From the human T2T-CHM13v2.0 reference genome, Homo sapiens, in NCBI RefSeq assembly GCF_009914755.1, contig NC_060929.1: DNA of 64,000 nt; one strand, 5' to 3'. The translations under genes and the position numbers were made by a program. Below are positions 54,222 to 64,000 of this stretch, piece after piece. Under the pieces are notes generated by a model. The model was not told the origin of the DNA and made no database searches. It saw nothing but the letters and a program-made list of their open reading frames with translations. Numbering within the stretch: the first letter of the stretch is position 1; every line of letters starts with the position of its first letter.

Positions 54222-57200
54222 AAGATGGAGTTGAACATACTTTTCCCTATTTCTATGGCTAAGTAGAACTAAAAGCCCTGGTCATTATATTACTATATGA
54301 AACAAACATGAGAAGACTCTGAAAGGTGGATAGGAGTAGGTAGAACGGCTAGGGACCTCAGGACCTTGGAATTGACATAGAGGTGAGTTCTGTGGTTTGT
54401 TTTGTTTGTTTTGGTTTTTTTGCCTCATATATCCTAGATTTGGAGCTGGAGGAGCCATTAAACCCGAAAACCTAACAAGCATAGACAAACAAAATCCTGC
54501 CCTCTTTAACCAAATAATGAGGGAAAGGGCAGCCTAGTAAAATAGTGAACCTCAGACAATAGCCACCCTACTCCAGCCGAGTACAACAGAAAAACCTGTG
54601 GCCCCCACACCCATACATTCCAGCTGAGGCTGAATACAGTGCCTAGACTTCCACTAAGGGCGGGTTGTAACGAGGCATCACAGTACCCTGCTGGGGGTAG
54701 TGTCAGAGAATGCTGAGGAAGAAGTTGGGACTTTGATTCCTACTGTGAGGTAATGAACCCATTCCCAACGATGTCAATGGAGACCATGTGTAGATCCTGG
54801 ACTTACACCCCTATCTGGCAGTAATGAAGGCTTCCCCCCCACCCCAACACACACAACTCTAAGGTGTCAACAGAGGCTGAGTGGGAAGTCTGGACTTTTA
54901 CCCTCACCTGACAAGAATGAGGTGGGGCACCCCCATTCCCTGCTAGAGTGATGTCAGAGTTAAATTTAAGATAAGCCAGTTAAAATGAAACGTTTAAATG
55001 AGGTCTAGAACTTATAACATAAAATGGAATTGTCTGGCCTTTAACCCCAAATCACATATCATACCAAGAATCAGGAAGGTCTCAAACTTAACAATAAAAG
55101 ATAGATGCCAACACTGAGATGGCAAGATGTTACAATCATCCAACAAAGATTTTAAGGCAGCCATAATTTTTTAAAAATGCTTCAGTAAATGATTACCAAT
55201 ATACTTGGAACAAAGGAAAAAATAGGAAGCCTCAGCAAAGAAACAGAAAGTATCAGCCAAAAAGAACCAACAGAAATTTTAAAATTGGAAAGTAAGTAAC
55301 TGAAATAAAAAAACTTAGTGGAAGAGTTCAACACAGAATGGAAAGGACGAAAGAGCCAGTGAACTGCAAAATAGAACAATAAAAATTACCCAGTCCAAAC
55401 CATGTAGAGGAAATTGACTGGGAACAAAAATGAGTTTCAGGGGACTGTGGGTCTTAAAAGATCTAGCAGTCAAAAGGATAAAAAGGTGGGGTTAAAAAAA
55501 CCAAAAGAAATAATGCTTGAAAACTTTTCAAATTTAGCAAGAGACAAATCTACAGATCAGTAAACTGCATAAATCCTAAATAGGCTAAATTCAAAGAAAT
55601 CTAAGCCAAGATACACCATAATTAAACTTTGGAAAATTAGACAATAAAAAATAGTTTCATTTTTGAAAGCAGCCAGAGAAAAATAAAACCTTACCTATGG
55701 GGAAAAACTATTTGAATAATAGTGGATTTCTCATAGAAACCATAGAGGTCAGAAGTGGTACAATAGTTCTCAAGTGCTGATATTAAAAATAAAACAAACT
55801 GTCAACTGATTATTTTATCCAGCAAAAATATTCTTTAGGAATAAAGGGGAAATTAACATTTTCAGATGAAGGAAAACTAAGCAAACATATTGCCAGCATA
55901 CCTACCCTAAAATAATGGCTAAAAAAATTGTAAACAGAAAAAAGTGGTGATAGAAGGAACTTTGGGATATCAGAAAGAACACAGTAGGCAAAAACATAAA
56001 TACGATAAACTTTCCTTCTCCACTTGAGTTTTCTAAATTATATTTACTATTGAAGCAGAAAGTATAATACTATCTGATGTAGTTTTAAATACATGTAAAT
56101 AAGATATTTAAAACAATTATATCATAAATAGGAGAGGATAAGGTGACATCAAAGAAGGTAAACTCTATACTTCACACAAACTGGGAACATGACATCACCA
56201 GTAGACTCATGATAAGTATATATAACAACTAGTAATTACTTAAAAAAAACTATACAAAGGAAAACATTAAGAGGTACTATTAACGATCGCCATTCTAACT
56301 GGCATGAGATGGTATCTCATTGTGGTTTTAATTTGCATTTCTCTAATGACCAGTGATGATGAGCTTTTTTTCATGTTTGTTGGTGACATAAATGTCTTCT
56401 TTTGAGAAGTGTCTGTTGATATCCTTTGCCCACTTTCTGATGCCGTTGTTTGTTTTTCCTTGTAAATCTGTTTAAGTCAGTAAACAACAGATGCTGGAGA
56501 GGATGTGGAGAAATAGGAACACTTTTACACTGTTGGTGGGAGTGTAAATTAGTTCAACCATTGTGGAAGACAGTATGGCAATTCCTCAAGGATCTAGAAC
56601 TAGAAATACCATTTGACCCAGCAATCCCATTACTGGGTATATACCCAAAGGATTATAAATCGTTCTACTATAAAGACACATGTACAAGTATGTTTATTGT
56701 GGCACTGCTCACAATAGCAAAGACTTGGAACCAACTCAAATGCCCATCAATGATAAACTGGATAAAGAAAATGTGACACATATACACCATGGAATACTAT
56801 GCAGCCATAAAAAAGGATAAGTTCATGTCCTTTGCAGGGGCATGGATGACACTGGAAACCATCATTCTCAGCAAACTAAAGCAAGAACAGAAAACCAAAC
56901 ACCACATGTTCTCACTCATAAGTGGTAGTTGAACAATGAGAACGCATGGACACAGAGAGGGGAAGATCATACACCAGGGCCTGTCGTGGGTTGGGGGGCT
57001 AGGGGAGGGATAGCATTAGGAGAAATACATAATGTAGATGATGAGTTGATGGGTGGAGCAAATCACCATGGCACGTGTATACCTATGCAACAAACATGCA
57101 CATTCTGCACATGTACCCCAGATCTTAAAGTATAATAAAAAAAAGAGGTACTATAAATACATAAAATGGAATTCTAAAAAATATTCTCTAACACACAGAA

Positions 57201-59063
57201 ATGCTGGAGAAAGTAAATAGAGAAACAAAAAGACAAACACAAAACAAAAATTAAATGGCAACATAAACCCTAACATATTAATAATTACATTAAATGTAAA
57301 TAGTTTAAATACCCAAATTAAAAACAGAGATTGACAAAGTGGATTAAAAAACACGACACAACTTTCCACTGTCTGCAGAAACCTCACTTTATATATATAG
57401 GCAGAGTAAAAGTAAAAGGACCAAAAAAAGTTGTATCATGCAAACATCAATCAACATAAAGCAGGAGTGCATATTTATATTAAATGACATAGACCTAAGA
57501 GAAAAACAAAAAGCCAGAGACAAAAGGGGCATTACATAATGATAAAAGGGTCAATTCACACACACACAATACAGTAATTCTAAATGTGTATAAGTCAAAC
57601 AACAAAGTTACAAAATCTACAAAGCAAAACTGATAGAACTGAAAGGAGAAACATCAAAAATTCACGGTTATAGTTGGGACTCTACATACTTCTCTCAACA
57701 ATTTATGGAACGAATAGACATAAAATCTTCAAAAGTATGAAGGAATTCAACACCACCAACAACAAATAGGATCTAATCAGTGTTTACAGAATGCTCCACA
57801 AAGCAACACAATATACATTCTTTTCAAGTGCCCACAGAACATACGCCAAGATAGGCTGTATCCTGGGTCATGAAGCAAGCCTAAAGTAAATAAAAGAATT
57901 GGAATAATGCGGAGTGTGTTCTTTCACCTGAATGGAATCAAATTAGACATGAATAATAAAATGATAACAGAAAAATCTACAAGCACTTGGAAAGTAAACA
58001 AGTAACACAGACCCATCTTAAATTAACTTATAGGTCAGAAAAAAAACTCAGATAAATTTTTAAAAACTACATTGAAATAATGAAAATTAAAACAGATGTC
58101 AAAATTTTGGGGATACAGCTAAAGCAGTACTGAAAAGAAAATTTATAGCACTACATACATACATTAGAAAAGAACAAAAGCCTAAAATCCATAAGCTAAC
58201 ATCTCACCTTAAGAACAAATAAGAGCAAAATAAACCCAAAGGAAGCAACATAAATGAAATAACAAAAATAAGAGCATATATAAATGAAAAAGAAAACTAA
58301 TAGAGGAAACTAATGAAACAAAGAGCTGGTTCTTTGAAAAGATCAATGAAATTGACAAACATCTTAAAGATGACAAAGAATAAGACTAGAAGGAGCAAAT
58401 TACTAACATCAGGTATAAAACAATATCAGTATAAACCTTTCAGACATCAAAAGGTAATAAAAAATGCTGTGAACAAATCTATATACACAAATTAAACAAC
58501 TTAGATAAAATACATTAGTTTCTCAATATTGGTCATAAACTATGACCATATAATAACTACAAAAATTGACTCAATATCAAATATATAATTTGAGTATCCC
58601 TATAATCATTAAGGAAATTAAATTCACAATTTTAAAATTTCCATGAAAGAAATCTCTAGGCCCAGATGTTCAGAGAATTCTACCAAATGTTTAAAGAAAA
58701 ATTAACACCAATTCTACGTAATATCTTTCAGAAAGTAGAGTAAGAGGAAACACTTTCCAATCCATTTTATGAAACTGTTATTACCCTGATACCAAAAAAA
58801 AGACACAGAAAGAAAATATCAAAAGAGAAAACCAAAGACCAATATTCTTCATGAATATATATGCAAAAATCATCAATAAAATATTAGCATATGAAACTCA
58901 GCGATACATAAAAAGAATCATACCTCATGAATAAGTTTTGTTCCATGGATGCAAGGCTGATTCAATATTTGAAAGTTAATAAATGTAATCTACCATAATA
59001 ATAGGCTACAAAGAAAAATTAAACAACCATATCAATTCATGCAAAAAGAACATTTGACAAATT
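54222..59063 (+). mobile_element. Old L1 (L1MC-lineage) 5' half: 5'UTR, ORF1 and part of ORF2; 3' end missing
   Basis: aagatggagttgaacatacttttccctatt...gaagactctgaaagg 5' end; ORF1- and endonuclease-like sequence; stops at acatttgacaaatt. Confidence 0.85.
56281..57142 (+). mobile_element. L1PA7-like insertion with a 5' inversion, nested in the older L1
   Basis: Antisense 56281-56477, sense 56474-57142; TSD aagaggtactat at 56269-56280 and 57143-57154. Confidence 0.93.
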
Positions 59064-59329
59064 GCTAGGTATTAGAAAAGATTACCTAGTAGAGCAATGG
59101 CATCTCAGTTTCAATTCCTACACATTATATCAGAACAAATATGCAGTGTCTAAAACCCGTTAGCTTCTCCTATCTTTGTTAAGTTTGCTTATTAACCATA
59201 AGAGAAACTCATCCTAGTCAGCACGCATAAAAGTGAGGCTGCTTTATATGACACAGCGGTATTTCATGGACTCCAAAGACAGCATACTCAGTCAGACTTT
59301 GCAAAGGATAAACTCAAAAAAAAAAAAAA

Positions 59330-59664
59330 AAGCTTGAAAAACCAAGTCAGCTGCTTTCTTCTTCTCAAAGTTCCAAGATCTCTTGTCATCCTTTTCTCTG
59401 TAAAACTACCTCATTTTTTTATCCCTGAAAAGGAAATCCATAAGGTCTGAATTTGCATATTCTCTGTTCCTATAACCAAGGTTTAGTCCTGCAAGCCTAA
59501 CCACAAATATACAGGAGAAAGAATTCCACTCAGTCTGGTACAGGTGCCCATTCCTGGTCCAATCAATTAACACCAGAAAGGTGAGGGCCTCTGGCACATA
59601 CATAGCTGAAGGAGGTGAGAGATGGGCATTGTTGGGCCCCACAGATACTCCAAAAACTACCCAC
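59330..59664 (-). mobile_element. Old MLT1 (J/K/L-like) LTR remnant
   Basis: caggtgcccattcctggtccaatca motif; ends ...ctacccaca. Confidence 0.5.
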
Positions 59665-59750
59665 AAAACATATTTGAAAATTCCAATATATCTTCACTGT
59701 TAAGAGGAGCAAGAAAGTTGTAAAGTTAGAACTTATTTGTTTTTGACTAG

Positions 59751-60273
<523 letters not shown>

Positions 60274-60637
60274 TGAAATCTAATTTACTTATAGAATAAT
60301 CATAAACATATTTCTACAGTCTTTTCCGAAATAGGATCCAAGAAACTGCATATTTGAAAGTGATACAAAAATATGAAATATGTTGGTTGAGATCAAGGAT
60401 ACTCAAGAAATAAATTTGGAGTTTTCATATTTAAGTATTAAAATAAAAATGCTAGAAACTTAGAGTTATTTACCACTGTTATTGAACCATTCCTCACACA
60501 ATACACGGATGAAAAAAAGTACCTTACCCATTTAACTGGCAATAAAACTGAGGTACAATGGTGCAAAGATAATTATATGGGGTTGAAAAGAAAGTCAGCT
60601 ATGAAGCTAAGGCTTAATTTTATATGTGTATTTTATA

Positions 60638-60780
60638 CATTTATTTATTCTTTATTGGCTATGTGTTATGGTTCTATGAAAGTTACCAAGAAATAAAAGA
60701 AAGGGTCTCTCTCTTTAAAGAACTCATAAGTTGGTGGCGGAGACAAGATACATATAAATTAATTAAAAGATAAAATATGT
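60638..60780 (-). mobile_element. L2 3' fragment
   Basis: atttatttattc...tctctttaaagaactcataag...ggagacaaga. Confidence 0.55.
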
Positions 60781-61069
60781 TGAATAAAACCCTTTGCTTG
60801 GAAGCCCATCATAGGCATATGCACAATTTTTTAAATCTTAAATTCCATTATCCTACTCTTAGACTACAAACTCCTATCCTTATATAACTCTCACTCTCTT
60901 ACCTTTAATATATCTTATATTTCTATTTTTGAATACTCATGCCTCTGTGCCATTACATTTTCTCCTAGCCTACCAGATATCACCTTTCATTTCTTATCCT
61001 GCCTGTATCCCATGCTAAAACACCATAGTTACTCAAATTACCCTCAATTTTCTTGGTCTTCTTTTGGTT

Positions 61070-61190
61070 CTATTCATTTATTTAATCCATCAACAAATAC
61101 ATAGTCAACACTTTCTTTGTATAAGTGCTATGCTGTGCACTGGGGCTACAGCTGTAAATAAAACCACTGTCCCATGAAGCTTACATGGTC
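61070..61190 (-). mobile_element. L2 3' end
   Basis: ttcatttatttaatccatcaacaaatac...ctggggctacagctgtaaataaaac...catgaagcttaca. Confidence 0.7.
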
Positions 61191-61194
61191 ATAA

Positions 61195-61780
61195 ATCAAG
61201 CCAACCCCTCAGCTTCTCTTTTACACCCTGACTTAACTCTGATAAGGGAAAAAAAAAAAAATCACACAGTAGGATATAATGATGCCATTAGAAATGCATG
61301 ATCTCCTACCTAGCCCAAACTTTAAATAAACTCATGATCTCGTTGTGAATTCCTCTGTTCTTTATTCCAAATGTTTCCTCTTCTTCTCAAATCATTTACT
61401 TCCCAATTTCCCACCCTTGGCAAATAGCCTTGACTCTCTTTTCACTAAAAAAAATAGGTCCATCTTGTAAGAATTTCCTCAGCTGCTGCTTCTTTTCCTT
61501 GCATTCATCCCCTCCTGGTGTCTGGTTGGTTCCCTTTCAAGGTGATCCCCTTGGTCTCCTCCATCATGTTTCAGATCCTGCCCTCTCCCATCTCCTCAAA
61601 GATCTTGCTCTATTAACTAATCATCACGTCTTTGTGTGCCTTCAACCTCTATGATGAGTCTCACTCATTTGCATATGAACATGTTTAAGTCTTTTCTGTC
61701 TAATCTAGAAAAATAAACATAACATCCCCTTGTTCTGACTTGTTCCTCTACTTAGTATTCTATCTATTTTCTCCTCTTAA
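61195..61780 (+). mobile_element. L2 internal fragment
   Basis: Pyrimidine-rich; gatcctgccctctcccatctcctcaaagatcttgctc...cttcaacctct...gcatatgaacatg. Confidence 0.55.
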
Positions 61781-63692
61781 AAAACAGTAAACTAAGTGAA
61801 CCATAAGGAAGCAAAATTGTAAAATGCCCAGTATCCAAGGAGGTTTTCTGAGGGATCGTGAAGGTCAGAAAGCTCTCTGTGACTGCTCATTCTACAGTGG
61901 TATAATATTTACACACAGTAGCATGACAATCTCAGTGATTTGTTAACACTTTATATAGCATTGTTTGTTGTGAAAAAATCCCTGGTGCCGTCCTGTTAGT
62001 TCTGATAAGCTGTTCATGTTCAATAAAAGCAAAGACAGCCGTTCATTGCCATTTGCTTGGAAGCTCACCGTAGGCATATGCAGCAAGCCAGAAAATGCAC
62101 ACAACTCAGGAAAACGGGGAAACGCCACAGTTGGCAAAAAAAAGTCTCACATCTCTTGACACCAGAACCAAGCTTAGGAAAGACCTCTGGGCCAAGATGA
62201 TTTGTGTCTCTACTGAGAGAGCAGGGCAGAGCTGGCTGGCCTTTCACCCTCTCCTTTTTCATCCTGCCTCTCTTCAGAGAGAACAGGTTTCTTCACGAGA
62301 GTCACCTTGCTTTGGGTTCCCAGCAAGCTGTGTTTCCCCTCTGAACATCTCAGCATCGTAATTCTCTATCCTTTGGATGCCAGTGCAACATAGAAGGTGG
62401 AATTACATGCTGGAGAAACAAGACAATCGCCTCTATTAAAAAAATAAATACGTAAGTAACAAATCAGTGTTTGATCCTGACAATATCTACAAGCTCTAGA
62501 GAAGCAATGGATATGAAAAGTTCTAACCTTTTTTTTTTTTTCAACCAACTGCAATATCATTTCCATTATTTCTCCAGGCTCCCATTCTGAATTCAAAGCA
62601 ATTTATCTGAAGTTCAGACACAGTCACTGTGATTTAGTTTCAGTTTTATGGCAACTGCAGGTCTCTAATAAGTATGCTCCTTTCATTGATTTGGTTCCCC
62701 TTCAGCTACTGCTATAAATGTAATTGAAATTTTTTATTTTTTTTTCCTCCTGACCTAACTTTTTTTTTTCAACTGACAAGACAGCAGTCAGTGCAATGTC
62801 CTATGAGTTTTATATACTCCATTAATAAGAAATAGTTTCTTTTGGAAATGGACTTTCCTATCGTTTTCCTTTAACAAATTATATGTTTTTTAAAAGCCAA
62901 AGTAACCCCCTTCCTCCATCACATTTATTTTAGAGTATCAGTTAATTCCAACACTTAGAGTGGGAGGAAGATCCTTTCAAATGTTTTGGATTGTAACACA
63001 TAGCACATGTAGTAAGCTGACTTTTAGAAAATATTTTTTACTTTTTAAGTCGTCACTCTTCATGTTGAGATTTTTCTCTGTTGATGAATTAATATGTTTA
63101 TATAAGGCTGGACTGTTTTATATTCCCCATACCTCAAGGTGAAAGGAACCAATAACTGTTTTCAGGCAAACACAAGTACTTCCTAAGGAGAAAGATAGTT
63201 ATTCTTGATGCAAGGAGGTTGACAGTCTTGTCTGTTACAAGCCAAAACCCAGTTATCTCTTGCCTCTCATGCATAATCCTTGTAAACATAGACAAAAAGT
63301 GACAGATTGAAGGGCCAGCCATATTTCATTCATTTTCTTTTTCCCTCTGAACTTTCCACCTCGATTTGAAATGTCACTTTTAATATAACTGTATTCTTAT
63401 ATGTATCTGGATATGTTTATGATGACACTATTTTATTTGTCCATTCTAGTTTAATTCTGCATATTTAGAATATATTTTGGAATTTGGTAAATTAGATCTT
63501 CCTTCATTTTTCTTATTAAAATATGTTTGGGGTTTGCTTACACATTAATTACTTCAAACAAATTTCATAAACACAAACCAGAAAATTTTTCTTAGTATTT
63601 TCTAAATGAAAACAATCAATTCATCTCCTTACAAATATCCATCTCCCATTTATTTAGGTATTTGTTTATATCATATAGTACAGCTTTTAATA

Positions 63693-63862
63693 TCATATTT
63701 CATCAAATCTAGTACAATGTTAATATTAAATGATCATTATTTTATATACAATTTAAAGAGAGAAACCACTGTTTAATTATGAGATAATATAAATTATATC
63801 TATTTTAATTTCAAAGATGATAAAATTTAAAATAAGTGCATCATAAAATCAATGAAATACGG
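63693..63862 (-). mobile_element. MER104-like Tc2 MITE, apparently complete
   Basis: TIRs tcatatttcatcaaat / aatcaatgaaatacgg with TA on both flanks (63691-63692, 63863-63864). Confidence 0.7.
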
Positions 63863-64000
63863 TAATTCTTGTCTTCATGATGATCTAATTTATAAGGACT
63901 TTTTTTTGTGCCTAAACTTGCCATCAGTTAATTTCTTACATATTTAGTGGCTTGCTTTGTTTAGATTTGACTAATAGTGAATATTTAATTGAAGAACCAT

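Noticed and set aside
58990-59063. L1MC 5' half ends near the consensus position where the L1MC at window position 1 starts, suggesting one split element
   Set aside because: The two overlap in consensus coordinates, are in the wrong order, and the first probably continues beyond the window edge.

Overview
AT-rich primate (human-like) non-coding DNA, either intergenic or deep intronic. I could not recognise any cellular protein-coding exon, RNA gene or CRISPR array. More than half of the window is old interspersed repeat: L1 (L1ME/L1MC/L1MA/L1PA, including a ~5.9 kb L1MA4-type copy with a target-site duplication, TSD), four AluS copies, MaLR LTRs (MSTB, THE1 with internal sequence, MLT1), an LTR16C/ERVL remnant, Tigger1, MER104, L2 and MIR. 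Family names come from my recall of consensus sequences, not a database search, and boundaries of old elements are approximate. ORFs that look protein-like are L1 ORF2 or Tigger1 transposase remnants. I found no support for a new biological system. The items most worth a second look are: a 31-bp inverted duplication around a TA-rich core (9450-9591); a chimeric two-subfamily L1 with a hairpin-rich patch at its junction (46491-47293); two twin-priming L1 inversions; a tailless Alu; an ancient Penelope1_Vert-like hairpin inside a repeat-poor block; an unassigned solo-LTR-like element; and two well-formed candidate minus-strand exons near the right end.
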